This document shows, piece after piece, positions 1 through 12,053 of a stretch of 62,392 nt of DNA. The notes beneath the pieces were generated by a model. It saw nothing but the letters and a program-made list of their open reading frames with translations. It did no database searches and was not told the DNA's origin. The stretch comes from Sphingomonadaceae bacterium (GTDB lineage: Bacteria > Chloroflexota > UBA6077). How positions within the stretch are numbered: position 1 is the first letter of the stretch; every line of letters begins with the position of its first letter. The position numbers and the translations under genes were made by a program. The DNA lies in NCBI GenBank assembly GCA_050261575.1, contig JBLNDL010000031.1:1-62392 (forward strand), given 5' to 3'.

Positions 1-114
1 GTTTGATGCAAGATGTATGGTTGGGGCTTTTCTGGCCGGGGGGTGCGCGCCCCCGGGAACGCTGTGGGGCGGGGGGGATACCCCCGCCGCCCCACAGAAC
101 GGAGCCAAAACGGC

Positions 115-522
115 TCAGTCCGTCTCTTCCACCAGCTCGATCAGCACCCCGTTGGCCGCCGCAGGGTGCACGAAAGCCACCCTGGTCCCGCCGGCCCCCG
201 ACCTCGGGGTCTGGTCGATCATCCGGACTCCGGCGGCCAGCAGCTCTTTGACGGCTCCGTCTATGTCCTCGACGCACAGGGCCAGGTGGTGGATGCCCTC
301 GCCGCGCTTCTCGATGAACTTCGCCACGGTCCCGTCGGCCGTGGTCGGCTCGAGCAACTCTATCTCGCTCTCGCCCACCGGGAGCATCGCCACCTTGAGT
401 GCCCTCTCGGGGATGTCTTCGGTGCAGCCGAGCTTCAATCCTAGAAGCTGGTAGAAGGAGGCCGCGCTGGTGCAATTGCGAACGGCCACCCCGATGTGCT
501 CGACTCGTTTGACTTTGATCAT
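115..522 (-). CDS. mce: Methylmalonyl-CoA epimerase (VOC family)
   Basis: HIGVAV, IELLEP, GEGIHHLAL and GVLIELVE motifs; last gene of a mutase/meaB/carboxyltransferase run. Confidence 0.93.
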   Translation of the reverse strand: MIKVKRVEHIGVAVRNCTSAASFYQLLGLKLGCTEDIPERALKVAMLPVGESEIELLEPTTADGTVAKFIEKRGEGIHHLALCVEDIDGAVKELLAAGVRMIDQTPRSGAGGTRVAFVHPAAANGVLIELVEETD

Positions 523-535
523 TATCTATCCTCGC

Positions 536-2110
<1,575 letters not shown>

Positions 2111-2204
2111 CCTCTGCTTCGTAAGTAAGTACGGCTAAGCACGCATCACCAGTCAACGTCAACTTCTCTGGTGGGAAACGTGTACTCCGTCTGAAGATGC
2201 CTGC

Positions 2205-3212
2205 TCAGTTCACTCGGCAATCCCTCTTTGCGCTGGTGGCGATCTCCAGCTTCTGCAGTCGAGGGGCAGCGCGGTGGGCGGCGAACAGCAGCCGGATGGC
2301 CTCGCGAGCGGCCTCTCGTGGCTCCAGGGTGCCTGCCACCACGTCCTCGGCCAGGAGCGCCAGCCGCTCCGGCTTCACCGCAGCCTCGAGTTCGTCCAGC
2401 ATCTGGCGTCCAGCAAGGGTGAGGATCGTCTTGCAGGTGCGCTGGATCTCCTCGTCGCCGACGATGCGTCGGTTGCTCAGGTAGTCGCCGTGTTTCTCGA
2501 CCGCTTCCGCCAGGTCGGCGATGCCGGCATTCGTCGCGGCGGAGGTCTGGATGACCGGCCTCCTCCACTCCCCCTTGGTCTGGTGCGCGACGACCTGGAG
2601 GGAGCGGGCGACCGCGTCGGCGCCCGGCAAGTCGGCCTTGTTGACCACGTATATGTCGGCCACCTCCAGGATACCGGCCTTGAGGGATTGGATCTCGTCC
2701 CCCATTCCCGGCGTTGCCACCACTATCACGGTCTGGACCGCGCTTGCCACGTCCAGTTCACCCTGGCCGACCCCCACGGTCTCCACCAGGATGATCTCCT
2801 TGCCGGCGGCCTTGAGGATCGCTGCTGCATCGTCCACCGCCGCCGCCAGCCCACCCGGATGGCCGCGGGAGGCCATGCTTCGCACGAACACCCCAGGGTC
2901 GCAAGCCAGCTCCTGCATCCGCACTCTGTCCCCGAGGACAGCCCCACCACTGAAGGGGCTGCTTGGATCGACGGCTATCACTCCAACCTGCTTGCCACGA
3001 CCCCTAAACTCCTTGGCGAGCTGCCCGATCAGGCTGCTCTTACCGGCCCCGGGCGATCCCGTTACCCCGATCAGGTGGCCGGCGCGACCCGATGATCGCA
3101 GCCGCTCGACCAGCAGTGACGCGTCTTCTCCGCCGCGCTCCACCATGGTGATGGCTCGTGCCACGGCCCGAGTCTCCCCGGCCAGGACACCCTCAGCCAG
3201 TGTGTCGATCAT
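2205..3212 (-). CDS. meaB: Methylmalonyl-CoA mutase-associated GTPase MeaB
   Basis: [10 protein letters not shown]-loop, [31 protein letters not shown]. Confidence 0.95.
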   Translation of the reverse strand: MIDTLAEGVLAGETRAVARAITMVERGGEDASLLVERLRSSGRAGHLIGVTGSPGAGKSSLIGQLAKEFRGRGKQVGVIAVDPSSPFSGGAVLGDRVRMQELACDPGVFVRSMASRGHPGGLAAAVDDAAAILKAAGKEIILVETVGVGQGELDVASAVQTVIVVATPGMGDEIQSLKAGILEVADIYVVNKADLPGADAVARSLQVVAHQTKGEWRRPVIQTSAATNAGIADLAEAVEKHGDYLSNRRIVGDEEIQRTCKTILTLAGRQMLDELEAAVKPERLALLAEDVVAGTLEPREAAREAIRLLFAAHRAAPRLQKLEIATSAKRDCRVN

Positions 3213-3622
3213 CCCCGCGTCCCCACGTTGCTCCTGATGTAGTCCACCATCTCCTGGGTCGAACTCCCGGGTCCGAAGAAGGCTCGAATGCCGATCTTCT
3301 TCAGTTCCTCCTGATCCTCATCGGGGATGATCCCCCCGGCGACGACGAGCAGATCGTTCAGGTTCCTCTTCTGCAACTCCTCCATGACCCTGCTGAAGAG
3401 GGACATGTGCGCGCCGGAGAGGCTGCTCAGGCCGATGACGTCGACGTCCTCTTGGAGAGCGACCTCGGCGATGGCCTGTGGCGTTTGGCGGATGCCCGTG
3501 TAGACGACTTCCATCCCTGCATCCCGCAGGGCCCTGGCCACCACTTTGGCGCCACGGTCGTGGCCGTCCAATCCGGGCTTGGCGACCAGGACTCTGATTA
3601 TCTTCGACTGACTCACCAGCAC
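3209..3622 (-). CDS. Cobalamin-binding subunit of methylmalonyl-CoA mutase
   Basis: [12 protein letters not shown] (DxHxxG), [14 protein letters not shown]; lies between the mutase and meaB. Confidence 0.95.
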   Translation of the reverse strand: MLVSQSKIIRVLVAKPGLDGHDRGAKVVARALRDAGMEVVYTGIRQTPQAIAEVALQEDVDVIGLSSLSGAHMSLFSRVMEELQKRNLNDLLVVAGGIIPDEDQEELKKIGIRAFFGPGSSTQEMVDYIRSNVGTRG

Positions 3623-3649
3623 ACCTCGTAGGTCGTGTCGACCTCAATG

Positions 3650-5305
3650 TTAGACGTAGCTCTGCTTCTGCTCGCCGAAGACGTCGCGCAGAACGTTGCA
3701 GATCTCTTCCAACGTCGCGTTCGCCTCGACGCAATCGACGATGAAGGGCATTACGTTCTCTGTGCCTGCGGCCGCCTGCTTCAGCCTGGCCAGGGTCGCG
3801 GACACCGCGGCTCCGTCGCGGCGCTTCTTGAGGTCGGCCAGCCTCGCCAGTTGCCGATCTCGCACCGCGTCGTCCACCCGCAGGATCTGGATGGGGCGCT
3901 TTTCGTCGACGACGAAGCGGTTCACCCCCACCACGATCTTCTCGCCCTGCTCCACTGCCCGCTGGTAGCGATAGGCGCTCTCCGTGATCTGCTTCTGCAT
4001 GTAGCCGGTCTCGATTGCAGCCATGGAGCCGCCCATCTTCTCGATCTTTTCGAACTCCTCCCAGGCCCTCTTCTCCAACTCGTTGGTCAGCCACTCGACA
4101 TAGTAGGAGCCGGCCAGCGGATCCACCGTGTCGGCGGCGCCGCTCTCGTAGGCGATGATCTGCTGGGTCCGAAGGGCTATCTGGGCGGATTGCTCGGTGG
4201 GCAGCGCCAGGGCCTCGTCCCGCGCGCAAGTGTGGAGCGATTGGGTTCCGCCGAGGACGGCCGCCAGCGCCTGGATCGCCACGCGGACGACGTTGTTCTC
4301 GGGCTGCTGCGCGGTCAGCGTGCTTCCGGCGGTCTGGGTGTGGAAGCGGAGGACCCAGGATCTGGGGTCCTTTGCGCCGAAGCGATCGCGCATCAGGGTT
4401 GCCCACATGCGCCTGGCAGCTCGGAACTTGGCGACCTCCTCGAAGAGGTTGTTGTGGCAGACGAAGAAGAAAGCGAACTGCTTGCCGAGGTGGTCGATGT
4501 CGATTCCAGCGTCGAGGGCCGCGCGAACGTAGGCGCTGGCGTTCGCCATGGTGAACGCCAACTCCTGGACGGCATCGGCACCCGCCTCTCGGATATGGTA
4601 ACCGCTCACGTTGATGAAGTTCCACTTGGGGACGTTCTCAACGCAGTAGGCGAAGGTGTCCGTGACCAGGCGCATGGCAGGCTTGGGCGGGAAGATGTAA
4701 GTGCCGCGGGCGATGTACTCCTTGAGTACGTCGTTCTGGATGGTCCCCGAGATCTTCTCGAGGGGAACGCCCTGGCGCCTCGCGGCCACGATGTACATGG
4801 CCAGGAGGACGGGCGCGGTGGCGTTGATGGTCATGGAGGTGGAGACCCTCTCGAGGGGGATTCCCGCAAAGAGAGCCTCCATATCCTCGATGGAGTCGAT
4901 CGCCACCCCGACGCGGCCGACCTCGCCCTCCGCAAGAGGACTATCTGAGTCGTAGCCGATCTGGGTGGGGAGGTCGAAGGCAACGCTCAGACCGGTCTGG
5001 CCCTGCTCGAGCAGGTAGCGGTAGCGGCGGTTGGACTCCACGGCGTCGGCGTAGCCAGCGTACTGGCGCATCGTCCAGAGGCGGCCACGGTACATGGACG
5101 CCTGAGCCCCCCGCACGAAGGGGAACTCCCCGGGGTATCCCACCCGCTCGCCGTAGTCGAAACCTTCAAGGTCCTCCGGAGTGTAGAGTGGGGCTACCTC
5201 GATCTCAGAGGTGGTGGTGAACTTCTCCTGCCTCTGGGGAAAGCGTCTTAGGGAGGGTTCCAGGGTGTTCTCAGTCCACTCGGACTTGCTGTTTGATTTG
5301 GACAT
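3650..5305 (-). CDS. Methylmalonyl-CoA mutase, substrate-binding large subunit
   Basis: [41 protein letters not shown]. Tyr in RQY and Arg in YIARG fit methylmalonyl-CoA rather than isobutyryl-CoA specificity. Start moved to ATG 5305 behind GGGGAG. Confidence 0.95.
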   Translation of the reverse strand: MSKSNSKSEWTENTLEPSLRRFPQRQEKFTTTSEIEVAPLYTPEDLEGFDYGERVGYPGEFPFVRGAQASMYRGRLWTMRQYAGYADAVESNRRYRYLLEQGQTGLSVAFDLPTQIGYDSDSPLAEGEVGRVGVAIDSIEDMEALFAGIPLERVSTSMTINATAPVLLAMYIVAARRQGVPLEKISGTIQNDVLKEYIARGTYIFPPKPAMRLVTDTFAYCVENVPKWNFINVSGYHIREAGADAVQELAFTMANASAYVRAALDAGIDIDHLGKQFAFFFVCHNNLFEEVAKFRAARRMWATLMRDRFGAKDPRSWVLRFHTQTAGSTLTAQQPENNVVRVAIQALAAVLGGTQSLHTCARDEALALPTEQSAQIALRTQQIIAYESGAADTVDPLAGSYYVEWLTNELEKRAWEEFEKIEKMGGSMAAIETGYMQKQITESAYRYQRAVEQGEKIVVGVNRFVVDEKRPIQILRVDDAVRDRQLARLADLKKRRDGAAVSATLARLKQAAAGTENVMPFIVDCVEANATLEEICNVLRDVFGEQKQSYV

Positions 5306-5472
5306 CGTCTCTCCCCTGCGCTGCTTGCAGCGGTGGATTTGGCCCGCGCCTGCCGGATGGGAAAGCCCGACAAGCTGCACAGCGGGGAGACGAAGGCGAC
5401 CAGGCTCGATGAGAGGCACCTATGCTTCTCAGGATCGTGCGAGGCCACGTTGCCTCTGCCCGCCGTACCCTC

Positions 5473-5501
5473 ATCCTACGACGGCCACCAGGCGGAATCA
5501 A
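5473..5501 (-). promoter_or_regulatory. Putative sigma70 promoter of the mutase operon
   Basis: TTGATT-17 bp-TAGGAT on the minus strand. Confidence 0.5.
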
Positions 5502-5567
5502 GGATCATCGCCTTGCAGATGCGTATCAATTGTGCGTCGGGGAACGAAGTGGCGGCGCTGCGATGGG

Positions 5568-5596
5568 TTGACGTGACGGGTGTAAGCAAGTAGCAT
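5568..5596 (+). promoter_or_regulatory. Putative sigma70 promoter of the glycosylation cluster
   Basis: TTGACG-17 bp-TAGCAT, about 45 bp upstream of ATG 5641. Confidence 0.55.
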
Positions 5597-5640
5597 GTGG
5601 TTGTTCTCTTGCTTCCCGGCAAGTCGAGAGGTAGGAGCCG

Positions 5641-6585
5641 ATGGCTTGTGGTATTTGGCGCCTGGCTAGCCGCTCTTTTCCTCTATTGGTCCTACTCTTC
5701 TGGGCTGGCTTCGTGGGATCCCATTGGAGCGAGCTTTCCACATGGGAGTGGAGCCTCGACGCCGGAGGGGCTGCTCTCTCTATTCTGCTCTTCTGCCTCT
5801 ACTTCCTGGGGCAGGCCGTCGGCTGGACCTTCGTGGCCAGGGGGATGGGCTATCGTCTGCCCCTCCTGGGAGGAACTGGGCTCTGGCTTCTGTCCACGCC
5901 CGCGCGCTACGTCCCGGGAAACGTGTGGCACATCGTCACCCGCGTACACCTAGCCAGGCGATACCGCCTTTCTATCGAGGATGTTCTGGTTTCCAGCACG
6001 GTGGAGCAGGCCCTCACCGTCCTTGCCCCCGCTTGTCTCGGGCTGGGGTGGGTGTTCTCTTACTCGGGGGTATCGCAGATCTGGGGCGGGTTGCTGATCC
6101 TACTGGCCTGCCTGCTGGACATTCAGCCGCCGCTCCTGCGCTTTCTCCTGCAGTTGGCCTCTCGCTTCCTCCGCAGACCGAAGCCATCCTTTAGTCTGAC
6201 CTACCGATCGGTGGCCAGACTCTTCCTCCTGTATGGCTTCGTGTCCGCTGCCGGCGGGGCTGCGTTCGCGGCGTTGGTGACCTCTTCACTGTCAGGGCAG
6301 CAGCTCTCCTGGCCGATGCTCGCCAGCGGGTACTGTCTGGCCTATACGGTCGGCTACGTGAGCCTGCTTGCTCCCAGCGGTATAGGGGTGAGGGAGGCGG
6401 CCCTCGCTGGCATGCTCGCTCTCTACCTTCCGCTGCCCGCGGCGCTTTCGTTGAGCCTGCTGAGTCGCCTCTTCGCCATGGTGGGGGAGGCGCTGGCGGT
6501 CTGTTGCGTGGGGTTGCCTCAGTGGATCAGGTGGCGGCAGCTCCCGAATCGTGTGGAGGATGTCGGGACGCTGACGGTGAAGTAG
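5641..6585 (+). CDS. Lysylphosphatidylglycerol synthase-like / flippase-like membrane protein
   Basis: Multiple TM helices with ARYVPGNVW and APSGIGVREA motifs; next to GT2 and GT-C genes. Confidence 0.8.
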   Translation: MACGIWRLASRSFPLLVLLFWAGFVGSHWSELSTWEWSLDAGGAALSILLFCLYFLGQAVGWTFVARGMGYRLPLLGGTGLWLLSTPARYVPGNVWHIVTRVHLARRYRLSIEDVLVSSTVEQALTVLAPACLGLGWVFSYSGVSQIWGGLLILLACLLDIQPPLLRFLLQLASRFLRRPKPSFSLTYRSVARLFLLYGFVSAAGGAAFAALVTSSLSGQQLSWPMLASGYCLAYTVGYVSLLAPSGIGVREAALAGMLALYLPLPAALSLSLLSRLFAMVGEALAVCCVGLPQWIRWRQLPNRVEDVGTLTVK

Positions 6586-6655
6586 TGGCCATCGCCCCGG
6601 AGGAAAGCGAGGCGGTCGCGCCTGCAGAACGTTTCCACACGGAGGCCACGAGGAG

Positions 6656-7672
6656 ATGAACGGCGATTCTGCTGGGGTGGGTCCCGTTGAGGCCAACGAG
6701 AAACCTTACCTGACGGTGGTGATCCCCGTCTTCAACGAGCAGGGGAACCTTCTGCCATTGCACGCATCCCTGAAGGGGGTGCTGAAGGAGCTGAACCGAT
6801 CCCACGAGATCATCTTCGTGGACGATGGTAGCACGGATGGATCCGTGAGAGTGCTTGGGGAGATCGCCGGACTCGATCCGGCGGTCAGAGTGTTACGCCT
6901 TCGGCGCAACTTCGGGCAGACCGCCGCCTTCTCGGCGGGTTTCGATGCGGCGAGGGGCGATGTGGTCGTCACGATGGATGCAGATTTGCAGAACGACCCA
7001 GCCGACATCCCAGCGCTGCTGAAGAAGCTGGACGAGGGCTTCGACGTGGTGAGCGGCTGGCGGGTGCACCGCCAAGACGATTTCGTCACCAGGAGGCTGC
7101 CCTCGGTAGCCGCGAACTGGCTCATATCCTCGGTAACCGGTGTCAAGCTCCACGACTATGGCTGCTCCCTGAAGGCCTACCGAGCGGAGGTAGTGAAGGG
7201 TGTCAGGCTCTATGGGGAGATGCATCGCTTCATTCCGGCAGTTGCCGACCGCATGGGGGTTGCGGTCGCCGAGATACCCGTCAACCACCTTCCGCGACGG
7301 TTTGGACGATCGAAGTACGGCCTCGCACGCACTTTCCACGTGATTCTCGACCTGGTGACGGTAAAGTTCCTGTCCTCCTTCGGTACGCGTCCGCTCCACG
7401 CTCTCGGCCTGGTGGGAATCCTCTGCTTTGCGGTGGGATTGCTGGCCGCACTGTATCTGACTGTTCAGAAGCTCTTCATGGCGCAGTCCATAGGGGATCG
7501 CCCGCTTCTGCTGCTATCCGTCCTGCTGATGGTCATCGGCTTCCAACTGGTATCGATGGGACTCATCGGAGAGTTGGTCGTCCGGGTCTACTACGAGGCT
7601 CTAGATAGGCCGATCTACACCGTAAGGGAGGTCTTTGGCGCCGCGGAGGACCCATCCCATCGCGCGCAGTAG
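6656..7672 (+). CDS. GT2 polyprenol-phosphate glycosyltransferase (ArnC/DPM1-like)
   Basis: VVIPVFNE, VDDGSTDGS, RRNFGQTAA, MDADLQNDP, HRFIP; two C-terminal TM helices. Confidence 0.92.
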   Translation: MNGDSAGVGPVEANEKPYLTVVIPVFNEQGNLLPLHASLKGVLKELNRSHEIIFVDDGSTDGSVRVLGEIAGLDPAVRVLRLRRNFGQTAAFSAGFDAARGDVVVTMDADLQNDPADIPALLKKLDEGFDVVSGWRVHRQDDFVTRRLPSVAANWLISSVTGVKLHDYGCSLKAYRAEVVKGVRLYGEMHRFIPAVADRMGVAVAEIPVNHLPRRFGRSKYGLARTFHVILDLVTVKFLSSFGTRPLHALGLVGILCFAVGLLAALYLTVQKLFMAQSIGDRPLLLLSVLLMVIGFQLVSMGLIGELVVRVYYEALDRPIYTVREVFGAAEDPSHRAQ

Positions 7673-7676
7673 CTGA

Positions 7677-9401
7677 TTGGGACGCGTGGCCCGAACGGTG
7701 GCGAGGTTTGATCGATATGGCATGCGCAGCGGCGTGGCACGCATGCGACGGTGGTTGAAGGCCAGCGGGAAGAGAGGTGAGTGGTTGCACGATCCCAACG
7801 ACAGATGGTGGCGGATCGTGTCGGTCCTGCTCGTGGTCTGTGTGACCGCGGTGTCCGTCGCCACGATCGGGGACTACGGCGTTACGTGGGACGAGGAGTA
7901 CCGCAAAGAGTACGGGGTCGTCCTGCTCAACTGGTACTCATCCTGGGGAGCCGACAAGGAGGCGCTGACGAAGTGGAACCTCTACTACATCGGTGGCTTC
8001 TTCGATACGGTTGCACAGTTGGCAACCCGCTTTTCGCCTCATGGGGTGTACGAGACCCGTCACGCCGTCAATACCCTGTTTGGCCTGCTCGGCATCGCTG
8101 GCACCTATGGGATAGGTAGCCAGGTCGCGGGGGCCGCGGGAGGATTCTTCTCCGCCCTCTTCCTGGTCCTGACCCCCGCCTACTACGGGCAGATGTTCAA
8201 CAATCCCAAGGACATCCCATTTGCGGCCCTCTTCGCCGTCTCCCTCTTCAGCATGCTTCGCTCTGTGCGCTTCCTCCCTAGCCTGCGCAGAGGCATCATC
8301 CTCCAGATGGGCTGCACAATTGGTCTCACCATGGGTGTGAGGATCGCCGGCATCGGGCTGCTGGCCTATCTCGCGATTCTATGGGTTGGATGGCTGGTCT
8401 GCCAGTGGTGGACGAAGTCGATCCCGAACGTGCAAGGAGTGGCAAGAGCTGCGCTGCGCTTGATTCCGGCTTTTCTGGCGGTGGCAGTGCTCGCCTGGTT
8501 GGTGATGCTCGCGGTCTGGCCCTGGGCCTTCGTCTCCCCCTTCCGACACCCTCTGGAGGCGCTGACGAGGGCTACGGGTTACGACTGGCCTCTCACCGTT
8601 TTCTTCGACGGGCGTTTCATACAGGCATCCGAGCTACCCTGGACCTACCTCCCTACTTGGCTCGCCATCTCCTTGCCGGAGTTCTACTTCGTCGCGCTCG
8701 GGACCGGCTGCGTCCTGGCCGGCGTGGGCCTGCCGCGTTTCGCTCGGGCTCCGAGGCGTGTGAAACCGCCGATCGAGAACCTGGTCCTGCTGATCGCCGC
8801 CTTCGCCCCGATCATCGCGGCCATCGTCCTCCATTCCACCATCTACGATGGCCTTCGACAGTATCTGTTCGTCCTGCCTGCCTTTGCCGCCCTGGCAGGC
8901 ATCTCGCTGGCCCGCCTCTTGGCGGCTCGAATACAGGTGGCGGCGAGGTTGGCCGTGGTGGGGGTGGTTGGCTTCTCCGCTACACTGACGGTGTTCGACA
9001 TGGTCGACTTGCACCCGTACCAGTACGTCTACTTCAACCGGCTGATGGCCGGAGGGCTCGAATCCGCCTCTGCTCGCTTCGAGACCGACTACTACGGGGC
9101 CTCCTACAGGGAGGGGGTCCGGTGGCTGATCGAGAACTACCCCACCGGGACGGGCGAGAAGGTGAGGGTCGCCAACCCCTCTCGCAACTTCTTGACCGCA
9201 TACTACCTGGAAGCCAACCAGGAACTGCGAGACCGGTTCCTTCCGGTCCAGCCCTGGGATAACCCCCACATCTACATCTCCATCACGCGATGGGGCTTTC
9301 ACAAGGAGAAGGAGGGGAGGCTTCTGCACGTGGTGAGTCGCAAGGGGGTCCCCCTCCTCTACGTCATAGAAGTTCGTCCTCCCGGTACGCGGTCTGGCTG
9401 A
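7677..9401 (+). CDS. GT-C fold membrane glycosyltransferase (ArnT/PMT, GT39-like); start uncertain
   Basis: DYGVTWDE loop after first TM, FNNPKDIPFA, YDGLRQYLF, FETDYYG; many TM helices. Confidence 0.8.
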   Translation: MGRVARTVARFDRYGMRSGVARMRRWLKASGKRGEWLHDPNDRWWRIVSVLLVVCVTAVSVATIGDYGVTWDEEYRKEYGVVLLNWYSSWGADKEALTKWNLYYIGGFFDTVAQLATRFSPHGVYETRHAVNTLFGLLGIAGTYGIGSQVAGAAGGFFSALFLVLTPAYYGQMFNNPKDIPFAALFAVSLFSMLRSVRFLPSLRRGIILQMGCTIGLTMGVRIAGIGLLAYLAILWVGWLVCQWWTKSIPNVQGVARAALRLIPAFLAVAVLAWLVMLAVWPWAFVSPFRHPLEALTRATGYDWPLTVFFDGRFIQASELPWTYLPTWLAISLPEFYFVALGTGCVLAGVGLPRFARAPRRVKPPIENLVLLIAAFAPIIAAIVLHSTIYDGLRQYLFVLPAFAALAGISLARLLAARIQVAARLAVVGVVGFSATLTVFDMVDLHPYQYVYFNRLMAGGLESASARFETDYYGASYREGVRWLIENYPTGTGEKVRVANPSRNFLTAYYLEANQELRDRFLPVQPWDNPHIYISITRWGFHKEKEGRLLHVVSRKGVPLLYVIEVRPPGTRSG

Positions 9402-9570
9402 CCCGCGGGCGGTCCCGCTGATGGAGCCCGCTCCCGACTTGGTGGCGGAAGGCTGCTGGCTGAAAACTCCGCGGGATGCTGCCGGCACAATCGTGCAGTC
9501 TAATGGGGGATCGCGCTTGCGTATTGCGCAAGAAGGACAAGGCGGTTCGAAGTCTCAGGTCCTGAAAGGG

Positions 9571-11616
9571 TTGGCAGTCCGGAGTGAGACCTCGATACTC
9601 GTGGTGGTCGTCTCCTCGTCGGCGGGCGCCCTGGTGGTGCCGGTCTCTCGCTTCGGGGCCGCCTCGCCTTTCTCAGTGGGGCAGGAGTGGCTGCTGCCGA
9701 TGCTGGGGTGGTGGGCATTCCTCGTGGCGTGGGCGATGGGTTTCGCCTCTCTGCTTCGGCGGTCGGTGCATTTGTCGCGGGGCCGCTCGCTCCAGATTGC
9801 GGCTTGCTGTCACGTTCCGTTACTCCTCTGCTTGGTGCTCGTCGCGGCAGTCTATGGAGACCAGTCCTTCGCTCAGGGCTACGTCTCCAGTCAGGTGGGT
9901 CGGCAACTGTTCCAACCTCTGGTCAGGGACATGGTGCTCCTCGCTCCGCTGTCGATGCAGGCCGCGACCCTGGCGATCCTCCGGTGGCGCGACCTGTCGC
10001 GACACTGGGCCATCGTCGCCATCCTGCTGGTTTCGCTTGCCCTCAGACTGTGGAACGGTTCGTGGGGGTTGCCGGGCCTCCTTCACCCCGACGAGCACCG
10101 GTACATCGGACCTGCCACGATGATGGTGGCTCGGGGCGACCTGAATCCCCACTACTTCGAGAACCCCAGCCTGATGATCTACCTCACTGCACTGCTGTTC
10201 TGGGCGCTCACCGAGCACTCCATCGCCTTCCACACCGCGGACCAGTTCTTCAACCTCTGCATCCCAGACCCGCGTGGCGACTTCCTGCAGATGGTCGCCC
10301 TGCGGGGGGTGAGCGCATTGGCGGGCACCCTCACGGTGCTGGTGGTCTACCTGACGGCCATGGAGTTGAAGAGGGAGCGCAGCTTCGCCCTCGCCAGCGC
10401 CGCCTTTCTCGCGGTGTCGCTGCTGCACGTGCGCAACTCCCACTACGGGACCAACGACATCCTGGCGACCCTCTTCCTCGCGGCTTCCTTCCTCTTTGCG
10501 GTCCGCATATTCACGGTGGGGCGTCCCCGCGACTACCTGATGGCGGGTCTGCTAGGGGGACTTGGGGCCTCCACCAAGTACAACGCTGGCATCTTCGCGG
10601 TGGCCATCGTGGGGGCCCACCTGATCCGAACCCTGGAGATGAGGGGGGGCTCGAGGTGGCGGCATCTCCTGCTCCCGACGTGCGGTCTGGTTTCCCTGGT
10701 GGCGTTCCTGCTAGGAACGCCGTACGCCCTGCTGGACTGCCGATCCTTTCTGGCAGGATTCATGGCCCAGTCCGGCTACGGTGCCAGTCCCTGGTATGGG
10801 CAGGAGGCGGAGAGCACCGCTATGGCTTTCCTCGAGTCGGTGGCCCAGGGGTTCGGCGTCATCCCGCTCCTCCTGGCCGCCGCCGGCGCGCTGCTCGCGA
10901 TGAGGCGTCATCCGATGCAGACACTCCTTCTGCTCTCGACGCCGCTCACGTACTTCCTGTTCATGTCTGGCCAGCGCCTCTTCTTTGCCCGCTTCGCCAT
11001 ACCTCTCCTTCCCTATTTGGCCGTCCTGGCGGGCTACGGGATCGTCTCCGTCGGGCGAGTACTGGGCAGCGCGCCGGGCGGTAGAGCAGTGCCGCTCCTG
11101 CTTCTCGCGGTGGCGTTGCTCCAGCCCACTCTCTTCTCAGTCCGGCACAACCTCCTACTGGGCGAGGTGGACACGAGGGTGTGGACCGCCGCGTGGATAG
11201 ACGAGAGGCTCCCAAAGGACAGCTCGCTGGCCATGGAGAGCTACGCGCATCTGGACGTCAAGTTCGGTTGGAAAGGCCATCAGCTAGAGAACACCCGGGT
11301 CTACTGGCCCGACTGGGAAAAGGGTATCGCCACGGCGCTGTCGGGCGAGCACCGCTACATCGTGGTCAGCAGCTTCGGGTACGGTCCGCTTCAGGGGAAG
11401 AGCGGTCCTCCGTCGCAGTTGCCCCACGCCTACAAGCCTTTGGAGGAACGGGGCAAGCTGATAGCCCACTTCGGCCCAGGACCCCGGGGGAGCGATATAC
11501 CCTACGCCCTCGACGACATGTACACCCCTTTTTGGCATCTGTTCGATCGAATGAGGCCGGGGCCAAGCGTGAGGATCTACGAGATGCCCGTCGCGACGAG
11601 AGGGGACCCGCCCTGA
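9571..11616 (+). CDS. GT-C fold membrane glycosyltransferase (GT39-like)
   Basis: LRLWNGSWGLP..HPDE, LNPHYFENP, SHYGTND, STKYN, ARFAIP. Probable TTG start at 9571 after GAAAGGG; frame open from 9421. Confidence 0.8.
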   Translation: MAVRSETSILVVVVSSSAGALVVPVSRFGAASPFSVGQEWLLPMLGWWAFLVAWAMGFASLLRRSVHLSRGRSLQIAACCHVPLLLCLVLVAAVYGDQSFAQGYVSSQVGRQLFQPLVRDMVLLAPLSMQAATLAILRWRDLSRHWAIVAILLVSLALRLWNGSWGLPGLLHPDEHRYIGPATMMVARGDLNPHYFENPSLMIYLTALLFWALTEHSIAFHTADQFFNLCIPDPRGDFLQMVALRGVSALAGTLTVLVVYLTAMELKRERSFALASAAFLAVSLLHVRNSHYGTNDILATLFLAASFLFAVRIFTVGRPRDYLMAGLLGGLGASTKYNAGIFAVAIVGAHLIRTLEMRGGSRWRHLLLPTCGLVSLVAFLLGTPYALLDCRSFLAGFMAQSGYGASPWYGQEAESTAMAFLESVAQGFGVIPLLLAAAGALLAMRRHPMQTLLLLSTPLTYFLFMSGQRLFFARFAIPLLPYLAVLAGYGIVSVGRVLGSAPGGRAVPLLLLAVALLQPTLFSVRHNLLLGEVDTRVWTAAWIDERLPKDSSLAMESYAHLDVKFGWKGHQLENTRVYWPDWEKGIATALSGEHRYIVVSSFGYGPLQGKSGPPSQLPHAYKPLEERGKLIAHFGPGPRGSDIPYALDDMYTPFWHLFDRMRPGPSVRIYEMPVATRGDPP

Positions 11617-11768
11617 TGGCCGCAGCCTGCGGATCGACCCGCCAGTTGCGCTGCCCGTGTTCGGGGTAGAATCGGGGGAGTGGGCTGGCCCGCCGAGTGG
11701 GAAGGCGTAGGTCCGTGCTCTGCGCATCACGATCGGGTCGGCAGAGTACGAGTACGGGAGGGGGCAAG

Positions 11769-12053
11769 GTGCAAAGACTCTCGATCATTCGATGGCAGCA
11801 GACTCAAGGCAAGTACGTGGGTATCCTCCAGGATCAGCAGCGGTTCAAGCCGGAGACGCTGAGGCCGGTGGAGGTGGGCCAGGGAGCGACGGTCCTGGTG
11901 GGGGAGTTAGTGGACACTTTCCAGCGGGAGTGGTACTGCATCACCTTTCCCAAGGAAGAAATGGAGTTCGAGGAGGCTCGGGATAGGGCCAGGGCGGTCC
12001 TGGAGGTGGAGAACCAGCGACGTGCCGCAGGCAAGCCGTCTCTAGCTTCTTGA
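11769..12053 (+). CDS. Small hypothetical protein (about 94 aa)
   Basis: GTG after GGAGGGGG; globular composition; fills the gap and converges on the next gene. Confidence 0.6.
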   Translation: MQRLSIIRWQQTQGKYVGILQDQQRFKPETLRPVEVGQGATVLVGELVDTFQREWYCITFPKEEMEFEEARDRARAVLEVENQRRAAGKPSLAS

